Sequence record: OU509535.1 | Length of the DNA: 64,000 nucleotides | Direction: 5' to 3' (one strand) | Part shown: positions 56,155-64,000 of the stretch, in pieces | Layout of the letters: every line of letters starts with the position of its first letter | How positions within the stretch are numbered: the first letter of the stretch is position 1 | Translations under genes and position numbers: made by a program | The notes under the pieces: generated by a model | What the model was told of the DNA's origin: nothing | Seen by the model: the letters and a program-made list of their open reading frames with translations, nothing else | The model's database searches: none

Positions 56155-57336
56155 ATGTCTAATAAACTACTAACTGAATCTCAATGGGCCGTGACCAAAG
56201 AACGTATTACCGAAGGTCTAAAAGGCAGTCGTAAACGTGTGATGGATATTACTATGGATAACTATCGTCGTGAGCGTGCACTATTTGAATCTGCTACTGC
56301 TGGTGCAACCACTGCTGGTAACATTGCTTCTGTTAACAAAGTAATTCTACCAATCATGCGTCGTGTAATGCCAACCGTTATCGCTAACGAAATTATTGGT
56401 GTACAACCAATGACTGGTCCATACTGCCAGATTCATACTCTACGTGTTCAATATGCAACCAATGCTCCAGGTGTTGCTGCTGGTGAAGAAGCTCTATCTC
56501 CATACAAAATCGCCAAATCTTATACTGGTGAACTGAATTCTGATAACACTAGCCCACAAGCCGCTCCTACTTCTCAACTAGAAGGTACTATGGGTCGTCA
56601 GGTAAACATCAACATTCTACGTGAAATCGTTGAAGCCAAATCCCGCCGTCTCTCCGCTCGTTGGACTGTTGAATCTATGCAAGATGCACAATCTCAACAC
56701 GGTGTTGATATTGAAGCTGAACTGGTTAACGCAATTGCTCAAGAAATTACTGTAGAAATCGACCAAGAACTACTTTCTCGTCTACGTGCACTACCTGGTG
56801 CTCCAGCAGTGACCTATGACCAAACCAAAGTAACTGGTGTTGCTACTTTTATTGCTGATGAACACGCTTCTCTGGCAATTCTAATCAACCGTCAGGCAAA
56901 CGAAATTGCTCGTCGTACCAAACGTGGTGCAGCTAACTGGGCTGTTGTTTCTCCAGAAGCACTATCTATTATTCAGTCTGCAACTACTTCTAGTTTTGCA
57001 CGTAGTACTGAAGGTACTTTCGAAGCACCAACTAACGTTAAATTTGCTGGTACTCTAAACGGTACTATGCGTATCTACGTTGATACCTATGCTTCTGATC
57101 TGGAAGATATCCTGATTGGTTATAAAGGTGCTAACGAAACTGATGCTGGTGCATTCTATTGCCCATACGTTCCACTGATGGCTACCGGTACTGTAATGGA
57201 TCCAAATACCTCCGAGCTAGTGACTTCCTTCCTGACTCGTTACGGTTATCTGGAATTCGTGGATTCATCCTCTTCCTTTGCAAACTCAGCCGATTACTTC
57301 AGCAAAATTGCTGTTCGTAACGTTACTTTCATGTAA
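56155..57336 (+). CDS. gp23: major capsid protein
   Basis: IIGVQPMTGP, VEAKSRRLSARWTVE, EITVEIDQE, IGYKG...AFYCPYVPL, TRYG. Confidence 0.97.
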   Translation: MSNKLLTESQWAVTKERITEGLKGSRKRVMDITMDNYRRERALFESATAGATTAGNIASVNKVILPIMRRVMPTVIANEIIGVQPMTGPYCQIHTLRVQYATNAPGVAAGEEALSPYKIAKSYTGELNSDNTSPQAAPTSQLEGTMGRQVNINILREIVEAKSRRLSARWTVESMQDAQSQHGVDIEAELVNAIAQEITVEIDQELLSRLRALPGAPAVTYDQTKVTGVATFIADEHASLAILINRQANEIARRTKRGAANWAVVSPEALSIIQSATTSSFARSTEGTFEAPTNVKFAGTLNGTMRIYVDTYASDLEDILIGYKGANETDAGAFYCPYVPLMATGTVMDPNTSELVTSFLTRYGYLEFVDSSSSFANSADYFSKIAVRNVTFM

Positions 57337-57379
57337 TAAAATAAAAAAACTAAAAATAATATAAAATATTGTATTTTTT

Positions 57380-57409
57380 ATGGGACTTCACTTTGAAGTC
57401 CCATTTTTT
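57380..57409 (+). terminator. terminator after the capsid gene
   Basis: ATGGGACTTCA-CTT-TGAAGTCCCAT plus T run. Confidence 0.85.
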
Positions 57410-57451
57410 ATAGCATTAAATTGTTGAACAAAGTAACAAGGATGTTTTATA

Positions 57452-58678
57452 ATGATGACATTTGATGAAGTGCATGAACAATTTATTAAAATTGGTAATA
57501 AGAGAGAACCATCTTATTTTAAAAAAATAATTTTAAAAGAAATTGAAATGTATAATTTAAATTATGAATTTATTGGGTTTAATATTAATTCTATTATTGA
57601 ATTTAAAGGAGCAAGAACGAAGTTAGTACTAAAATGTCCAGTACATGGTATTTTTTCTGATTGTACTTTCAATAATTTTACAAAATCTAATGCACAGGGT
57701 CGCCGCTGTCCAGAATGTTCTAAAGAATCTAAAGCTTTGAAACAACGTTGTTGTACTGAAGAATTTATTGAAAAATGTAAAAGAGTACATAATGATTTTT
57801 ATGATTACAGTAAGACTATATACGGAAAAAATGCTCATGAACACGTTGTTGTTACCTGTAAATTACCAAATCATGGAGATTTCAAAATACGTCCTTCATG
57901 TCATTATAATAAAGCACAAGGTTGTCCTATATGTGCAAAAGAAAAAAGAAAAATTGATGAACAGGATATAATAACCAGATTAAATGAAATACATAATAAT
58001 CACTTTGGATTTGATAAATTCGTATATAATGGATCGGAAAATAAATCTATAGTAACTTGTTTAGTGCATAATAAAAATTATGAAGTTAAAGTTGGGAGTT
58101 TACTTTATGATCATGGCTGTGCATTGTGTTCAACAAGAGCAAAACACACAAAAGAATCATTCATATCGATGGCAGTACTGAAACATGGTAATGTGTATGA
58201 TTACAGTAAAGTACAATATGTAGATTTATTCACTAAAGTTGAAGTTGTTTGTAATAAAGATAATCATGGTTCATTCTTTATTACTCCAACAAGTCATATA
58301 CATGGTTTAAAACCAAATGCATGTCCAAAATGTTCAAAATATGGATTTCAACCAAATAAACCTGGATTCTTTTATATTCAAAAAATAACTAATTCATGTA
58401 AAGAAGTTATATCTTATAAGTACGGTATTACATGTGATTTAATAAGACGATTGAATGAGCATAACAGAAATTCTATATATGTGCATGAATATATTTTTCA
58501 TGAATACTTTGATAATGGGTATGAAGCAATTGAACTTGAAAAGCTTATAAAAAAATCAATTCCTTCTTGGTATTTGAATTCTAATGAATTTGGTGATGGT
58601 TTCACTGAAACATACGATCCTAAATACCACAAAGATGTTATTAATATAATCAAAAAACAACAAAGGAGAAATCCATGA
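57452..58678 (+). CDS. zinc-finger-repeat protein with C-terminal GIY-YIG-like domain (putative homing endonuclease)
   Basis: Four C..H...CxxC modules, then GFFYIQ...YKYGIT...R...E...GFTETY. Confidence 0.8.
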   Translation: MMTFDEVHEQFIKIGNKREPSYFKKIILKEIEMYNLNYEFIGFNINSIIEFKGARTKLVLKCPVHGIFSDCTFNNFTKSNAQGRRCPECSKESKALKQRCCTEEFIEKCKRVHNDFYDYSKTIYGKNAHEHVVVTCKLPNHGDFKIRPSCHYNKAQGCPICAKEKRKIDEQDIITRLNEIHNNHFGFDKFVYNGSENKSIVTCLVHNKNYEVKVGSLLYDHGCALCSTRAKHTKESFISMAVLKHGNVYDYSKVQYVDLFTKVEVVCNKDNHGSFFITPTSHIHGLKPNACPKCSKYGFQPNKPGFFYIQKITNSCKEVISYKYGITCDLIRRLNEHNRNSIYVHEYIFHEYFDNGYEAIELEKLIKKSIPSWYLNSNEFGDGFTETYDPKYHKDVINIIKKQQRRNP

Positions 58679-59028
58679 AAACTGTAGTAGTATTCAAAAC
58701 AATTAAAGAAGAATACATAAAAAGCTCAGTATCTAATATGAAAACGTTTGTTCCACAAGGAACACTTGTTGCATTTGATGAGAATGATTCAATACTGTAT
58801 TATTCGGATGATAGATTAGAATTCAGTGCAGAAAAATTTATAGATATTGCAATGATAGTTGATACTGAAGAAATGGAATACTCAGAGTACATGAAAAAGT
58901 ACAAAGATTACCTTATGAAGTTTCATGGTAATGCACCTGTGATTAAATTGCATGAATCCAGTGAATTCTCCCCACATAACCCGTTTCAACGTTTGGTTGA
59001 TCTGGGTGTGTCCTTCAAACTTTTCTGA
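58675..59028 (+). CDS. hypothetical protein
   Basis: 117 aa; ATGA overlap and AAGGAG SD. Confidence 0.75.
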   Translation: MKTVVVFKTIKEEYIKSSVSNMKTFVPQGTLVAFDENDSILYYSDDRLEFSAEKFIDIAMIVDTEEMEYSEYMKKYKDYLMKFHGNAPVIKLHESSEFSPHNPFQRLVDLGVSFKLF

Positions 59029-59053
59029 ACAAAAATTACCCATATGATATAAT
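59025..59053 (+). promoter_or_regulatory. sigma70-type promoter
   Basis: CTGAAC-N17-TATAAT with extended TG. Confidence 0.55.
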
Positions 59054-59088
59054 TTGCGAGAATAAAATTAAAAAAAAGGAAATTTTAT

Positions 59089-59823
59089 ATGGGTACTTAT
59101 ATACTAAAACATACGTTGTTTGATAATCAGATAAACAAAGGATATACTTATCTTCCATCTTGTATCATTGAACTTTATAAAGAAACAGAAAATAATTCAT
59201 TTCTGAGTATTCGTTATCAGGGAAAATATGATAATAAGGTAAAAATAAAAAATGAACTGATTATTGATGATTTAATTAAACAAAACATCATTACACAAGA
59301 TATTCTATCTGAACTGTTTATTGACAGATTTTTATTGAATGCATCCAAAACATTATCATCCTCAGTCAAGTCTATACTGAACACCGATAACAGAACTATT
59401 TGTATTAACCCGTTTCTGGTGAAAGAGTTTTTGAAATACAAAAAACAATATAACATTGATATTAATAATACGATACTTAATAATGCAATGCTTGAAAATG
59501 TTAAGTATGAATTCATGGAAGTGGTAACGTATAACAATTCACATGTAGGTAAAACTGCAAAACAAATTAGCAAAACTTCTGAAGAAAAACGATTCACATC
59601 TTTACTTGATGATAATTTTATTGATTACGATGGAATAGAAAAATATCTACCTTTAGTGTTTGATGTATTCAAATTTTCATTATCTGATAATGAATTCACC
59701 TCAAACGGTAGATTGAAACATAATGGATATTATTATTCTAATAAAGCCAGAGTTATCAAATTCAGGATTAATGATGATTCATCCATTGAATATGTCAAAT
59801 TATCAAATGAAGAAATTAAATAG
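59089..59823 (+). CDS. hypothetical protein
   Basis: 244 aa with AAGGA SD. Confidence 0.75.
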   Translation: MGTYILKHTLFDNQINKGYTYLPSCIIELYKETENNSFLSIRYQGKYDNKVKIKNELIIDDLIKQNIITQDILSELFIDRFLLNASKTLSSSVKSILNTDNRTICINPFLVKEFLKYKKQYNIDINNTILNNAMLENVKYEFMEVVTYNNSHVGKTAKQISKTSEEKRFTSLLDDNFIDYDGIEKYLPLVFDVFKFSLSDNEFTSNGRLKHNGYYYSNKARVIKFRINDDSSIEYVKLSNEEIK

Positions 59824-59836
59824 ATTAATATCTTGT

Positions 59837-59844
59837 TATAAATA
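59837..59844 (+). promoter_or_regulatory. T4-type late promoter TATAAATA
   Basis: Exact match upstream of the tail fibre gene. Confidence 0.65.
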
Positions 59845-59875
59845 ATTAATATACATATCGAAAAGGATTTTAATA

Positions 59876-61663
59876 ATGAGTATTAGTTTTAATCACCCCC
59901 AGAATACTATAACTAGTACTGGAAATTCTGGATCATTAAATCTAGTGGTTCTTGGTGGTTCTCCTACAAACCCAAGACCAATACGTTTTAATTCTTCATC
60001 CGTTATTATGCCTGTGCAATCACTACCCACAGGTGAAGCTGGTGCTATTGTTTTTGACAAAAGCACAAAAACCATGAAATATCATGATGGCTCTAACTGG
60101 GTTGAATTATTAAGTGCTTCCGATGTTGTAGCACCTCTTAATGTTCAAATCAATAACATTATCAATTCAATGGGAACAAAAATTGATACTGTTAATTATT
60201 CAAGTTCTGCAATACCGATGGCTAGTATTAGTGGTACTAATTTGAATATAGTATTTCCTAATTCCAATCCAACTGTTGGAAGCACTGGATTATATACCAG
60301 TGCAAAAACTGGCAGTATTATGTACTATAGTTTAGCGTCAGGCCAAACATATGCCAGTATTCGTGAACAAATGTCAGGAAAAACCAACGGACAAAGCGGT
60401 AGAACTGGTTCTCAAACTTCTCCATGGTTGACTTCAGATGGGTGGTGCCTGGCTGATGGTATGTGGTGGACGTGGCAAGGCGAGAATGGTACAGTACTGA
60501 AACAAACACCAAACCTGAACCAAAGTGCCTATTTTAAGGGTTTATCTTCTGGTGGTATTACAAAAACTGATTCACCAATTGGACAAAGTGGTTCTCTTGA
60601 TACCTATACATTCACAATCCCAGATCATTATCACGGTGTAGGCCAAATGAATGGAAATTCTGGACCTACTGGTGACGATGGTTCATTTATATTTGGAAGA
60701 TCTTGGAATGATGGAAATTCATATAGAGGACTTACTATTACTGGAGATCTCAACCGACGTGAAGAACGTTCGATTAATGGGAGTGATCCAAATATTGCAT
60801 TGAGTACAACGAATTCTATTTATTTAAATGCATCTCAACGCACAATTTCACACTCACATAACTTACAGAACTTCGACGTGGCACACTTCAATGTTGCAGT
60901 ACTGTACAATATTGCTGAACCAAGTTTGGCATTATCAGAAAGTGTAGCAAATGCAAAGTTCGTACTAAAATCCGGTGATACTATGACTGGCAACTTGAAT
61001 GTAGCCAACACTCTTAGAATCGCAGGTAATAGTACCAACATTCAGTTATATTTTACCAACTCTACTTTATCTGAAAGAGCAGCAATTTATCACCAAAGTA
61101 CAACAAATACATTAAGACTGCGTTCAAATGGTGGTTCTGAAGTATATATTAATGGTGATGGTTCTCTGTATGTTCCAGGTTCTACAACCGTTACTGGTAA
61201 TTTTGTATCACAAGGTTCCGCAACTGTTTCTGGTAACATTATATCACAGGGTTCTGCAACAGTTTCTGGTAACATTACATCACAAGGTTCCGCAACTGTT
61301 TCTGGTAACATTACATCACAAGGTAGAAATGTAGTAAGAGCTATTAATGGGATAACTGCTGATGGTAATGGAAACTTAAATGTAACGAATTCTAGTGGTA
61401 CTACTTCCGGCTGGCATAAAGATGAAGGTACCGGTATTATCACACAATGGGGTTACATCCAAAGTACTGGTAATGATATCCATGTAAACTTTCCACGAAC
61501 TTTCAGTTCAGCATGTTACTGTGTAACATTGGGTCAAATTTTCAACTCTCATGCTGACCAAGGACGAACTGCACGTTTATTAGCACCTGCGTCAGTTTCT
61601 GGATTTGATTTTTATATCGGTTCATCAGAAACTGGGTGTTACTGGCAAGCAATCGGTCGATAA
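59876..61663 (+). CDS. tail fibre protein
   Basis: G/S/T/N-rich; KFVLKSGDTMTGNL motif and C-terminal GWHKD..TGIITQWG domain typical of fibre tips. Confidence 0.8.
   Translation: MSISFNHPQNTITSTGNSGSLNLVVLGGSPTNPRPIRFNSSSVIMPVQSLPTGEAGAIVFDKSTKTMKYHDGSNWVELLSASDVVAPLNVQINNIINSMGTKIDTVNYSSSAIPMASISGTNLNIVFPNSNPTVGSTGLYTSAKTGSIMYYSLASGQTYASIREQMSGKTNGQSGRTGSQTSPWLTSDGWCLADGMWWTWQGENGTVLKQTPNLNQSAYFKGLSSGGITKTDSPIGQSGSLDTYTFTIPDHYHGVGQMNGNSGPTGDDGSFIFGRSWNDGNSYRGLTITGDLNRREERSINGSDPNIALSTTNSIYLNASQRTISHSHNLQNFDVAHFNVAVLYNIAEPSLALSESVANAKFVLKSGDTMTGNLNVANTLRIAGNSTNIQLYFTNSTLSERAAIYHQSTTNTLRLRSNGGSEVYINGDGSLYVPGSTTVTGNFVSQGSATVSGNIISQGSATVSGNITSQGSATVSGNITSQGRNVVRAINGITADGNGNLNVTNSSGTTSGWHKDEGTGIITQWGYIQSTGNDIHVNFPRTFSSACYCVTLGQIFNSHADQGRTARLLAPASVSGFDFYIGSSETGCYWQAIGR
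61208..61324 (+). repeat. in-frame 36-bp tandem repeat (about 3.25 units; SQGSATVSGNI[I/T])
   Basis: Units start at 61208, 61244 and 61280, with a partial unit at 61316. Confidence 0.95.
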
Positions 61664-61670
61664 TTTTTTT

Positions 61671-61700
61671 TTGAACGAAAATAACATATAACGATATAAT
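61671..61700 (+). promoter_or_regulatory. sigma70-type promoter
   Basis: TTGAAC-N18-TATAAT. Confidence 0.65.
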
Positions 61701-61762
61701 TAAAGCATCTGACACACAGTCAGGTGCTTTTTATATAATAATGACAAAGAAGGAAATTAATT

Positions 61763-62056
61763 ATGGCTAAACATGAAGACAAAGTACAAATTGAAGATCT
61801 AAATAATGAACAACGCAAACGTCTTAGTGACGGTCTGAACAATGCAGTAGTTCAACTTACTTTTATTGATGATACCAAAGCCTCACTGAAAGATTTTATT
61901 GATTCACTGGCTGACGAACTCGGTATCGATGCGAGTGATATCAAACAAGCCGCTAATACTATCTATAAACAAAACTTCTTCGATAAATCCAGTAAGCATG
62001 ATAAAATCGAAACTATTCTAAGTATTACTGGTAATCTTCCACAAGCCGACGATTAA
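61763..62056 (+). CDS. T4 DsbA-like dsDNA-binding protein
   Basis: 97-aa helical protein; LKDFI...ADELGID...IYKQNF pattern resembles T4 DsbA; lies beside the polymerase. Confidence 0.6.
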   Translation: MAKHEDKVQIEDLNNEQRKRLSDGLNNAVVQLTFIDDTKASLKDFIDSLADELGIDASDIKQAANTIYKQNFFDKSSKHDKIETILSITGNLPQADD

Positions 62057-62068
62057 TACATTATAAAT

Positions 62069-62095
62069 AAAAGCCTCCTTTTCTGGAGGCTTTTT
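62069..62095 (+). terminator. intrinsic terminator
   Basis: AAAAGCCTCC-TTTTCT-GGAGGCTTTTT. Confidence 0.8.
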
Positions 62096-62131
62096 CTATC
62101 TGTTAAGTGCAATTAAAAATAAGGAAATTTA

Positions 62132-64000
62132 ATGTATATTGATGCATATATGGAACGAAAACGTAGTGGTGATGTGTTGCACGTAGTAGAACGAAAAAAT
62201 GGAAAGCGTATTCTACGAGAATTACAACCACTATATGAGTATTATGTAGAAAATGTTAATGGTAATCACAAAACCATTTATGGTACTAAAGCAGAAAAAC
62301 TGGAATTCGATACTGCATCTGAACTAAAACGAAGTATAGAAAAAAATGTAGCAAATGGAATCAGAACATTTGAAGGTAAATTCAATGTTGTATTCAAAAC
62401 ACTTGCTCAATATTATATGGGTACTGAATCACCAGATTTAAACATTGTATTCTTCGATATAGAAACTGATTTTCATAAGAAATTTGGTTATGCATCTCCA
62501 TCTAATCCCTTTAATCGTGTAACAGCCATTTCATTATATCAGTCATGGACAGGTAAAGATTATGTACTTACCCTTGCTCCAGAAGATATGACAACAACAG
62601 AAGCACAGGATATTGTCAATAAACTAAATGCGGAAACTAATGATCCAAATTCAAGTGTAATTCTTTATACTGATGAAAAGGAAATGTTCATGGATTTCTT
62701 TAGTCTAATTGATGATAGTGATGTATTATCTGGATGGAATAGTGAATTTTTTGATATTCCTTACATGATTAACAGAACCAAAATTATCTTCAATGAAGCC
62801 ATGACTGCTCGTTGGTGTTTATGGAATAAAAAACCAATTGCACGTGAAGCGGATAACTTTGGTAAATTGGTACAGACATATGATTTGGTTGGTCGAGTTC
62901 ATCTTGATTATCTTGCTCTTTATAAGAAACACGCCGCTCAGGTAGAGCAATCGTATAAACTTGATTATATCGCAGAAAAAATCACAAAAGAAAATAAAGT
63001 ACAGTACGAAGGATCTCTGGATAAATTATATAGAGAAGATTATATGACTTTCCTTCGATATTCTAAACAGGATAGTATTCTTCTCAAAAAAATCGATTCT
63101 ATTCTTGACTATATTAGTCTGCATAACCGACTGGCACATAAAGAATGTGTTCTCATCAAAACTACTATGGGTTCAGTAGCACTGATTGACACTTCAATTA
63201 TCAATCTAGCACACAAACGTGGTGAAGTAGTATTTGATAAAAAAGAAGAGGTTGAAATTGATCCAGAACTTGAGTACTATGATGGATACGATGATGATGA
63301 AGACAATAATGATTCAAAACTCAGTGCAAAAGCAGCAGGTGCATGGGTACAAGATCCAATATTAGGATTAGTTGAATACTTAGGTTGTACTGACTTTAAC
63401 TCACTTTACCCAACTGTACTTCGAACTCTAGGAATGAGTACTGAATGTATTCTTGGGCAAATTAGACAAGATTATACAGAAAAATACTTAGAAGAACGTA
63501 TATCTGAACAAAAAGCAAAGTCTAAATCAAAATCATTTGAACCGGAGTGGACAGCAGCATGGCATGGTTTATTCGCCGCTGTGGAGTTTACGATGGTACA
63601 TGAAAGAAGTGAAAAACTACTGACTATTGATTTAGAAGATGGCAGTTCTTTCCAGGCAACTGGTTCACAGTTATATGATATTATATTCAGTCCAGAAAGT
63701 ACTATTGTACTTAGTGCAAATGGAACACTATTTGATAAATCAAAATATGGTGTTATTCCAGATATCCTAACGCAATGGTATTCTGAGCGTAAAGCCCAGC
63801 AAAAAATGGTAATTGATTATAAACATATGGCTTCAGATGGTTGGGAAATCCCATCACCTGATATTGTTCAAAATATGTTTTCACAATTCAGTACTAAATC
63901 ATACTATAAAACAAACCTTCATGAAGAAGATCCAGTATATCTTCTACGTAAAGCTATAGGTGATAATAATCTTGAAGAAATTGCTCGTATTATTGTAGAA
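62132..64000 (+). CDS. gp43: family B DNA polymerase (gp43-like), 3'-truncated by the window end
   Basis: Hand translation from ATG 62132: ExoI FFDIET, ExoII SGWNSEFFDIPY, SYKLDYIA, polymerase region II DFNSLYP. Absent from the ORF track because there is no stop in the window. Confidence 0.95.
   Translation, partial: MYIDAYMERKRSGDVLHVVERKNGKRILRELQPLYEYYVENVNGNHKTIYGTKAEKLEFDTASELKRSIEKNVANGIRTFEGKFNVVFKTLAQYYMGTESPDLNIVFFDIETDFHKKFGYASPSNPFNRVTAISLYQSWTGKDYVLTLAPEDMTTTEAQDIVNKLNAETNDPNSSVILYTDEKEMFMDFFSLIDDSDVLSGWNSEFFDIPYMINRTKIIFNEAMTARWCLWNKKPIAREADNFGKLVQTYDLVGRVHLDYLALYKKHAAQVEQSYKLDYIAEKITKENKVQYEGSLDKLYREDYMTFLRYSKQDSILLKKIDSILDYISLHNRLAHKECVLIKTTMGSVALIDTSIINLAHKRGEVVFDKKEEVEIDPELEYYDGYDDDEDNNDSKLSAKAAGAWVQDPILGLVEYLGCTDFNSLYPTVLRTLGMSTECILGQIRQDYTEKYLEERISEQKAKSKSKSFEPEWTAAWHGLFAAVEFTMVHERSEKLLTIDLEDGSSFQATGSQLYDIIFSPESTIVLSANGTLFDKSKYGVIPDILTQWYSERKAQQKMVIDYKHMASDGWEIPSPDIVQNMFSQFSTKSYYKTNLHEEDPVYLLRKAIGDNNLEEIARIIVE

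Noticed and set aside
57424-57453. TTGAAC-N18-TATAAT promoter for the endonuclease after the capsid gene
   Set aside because: The -10 box overlaps the ATG at 57452, so a transcript would start inside the ORF. It is not called without transcription start data.
435-61443. The many 60-130-aa track ORFs nested in or antisense to long genes
   Set aside because: They are shadow frames of real genes with no SD, motif or independent promoter support.
1-64000. Stop-codon recoding (alternative genetic code)
   Set aside because: All conserved genes, including the 10-kb ORF, read through in the standard code with dense packing.

Overview
This window is 64 kb of an AT-rich (about one-third GC) jumbo myophage with T4-superfamily modules. 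It most resembles the enterobacterial RaK2/GAP32/121Q-type giants; that placement is inferred from gene content and not database-checked. In order it holds: acidic putative head proteins; a MoxR-type AAA+ ATPase with a zinc peptidase-vWA partner; a MazG-like/SLOG/thyA cassette; virion fibre genes; Nudix; gp15- and gp14-like neck genes; a ClpA-like unfoldase; the baseplate operon (a ~3,320-aa wedge protein, gp6, gp25, lysozyme, gp5-like spike, hub, gp53, tube initiator); gp55 sigma with gp47/gp46; two zinc-finger GIY-YIG endonucleases; endonuclease VII; a gp26-like gene; tape measure; the portal-protease-scaffold-capsid block; a tail fibre; a DsbA-like gene; and the 5' part of a family B DNA polymerase that the ORF track missed. 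Four signals stand out. (1) The palindrome AGTACT occurs about 105 times by hand count versus about 22 expected. (2) A ~780-bp non-coding island interrupts the baseplate operon, with 36-bp and 83-bp perfect direct repeats, inverted half-sites and dense hairpins, abutting an orphan gene (origin-like). (3) A canonical T TTT TTC slippery site would fuse the gp26-like ORF to a gp51-like ORF lacking an upstream start by -1 frameshift. (4) Leucine codons switch from CTG in an early gene to CTA in the capsid gene. I saw no tRNA, CRISPR array, intron or intein.
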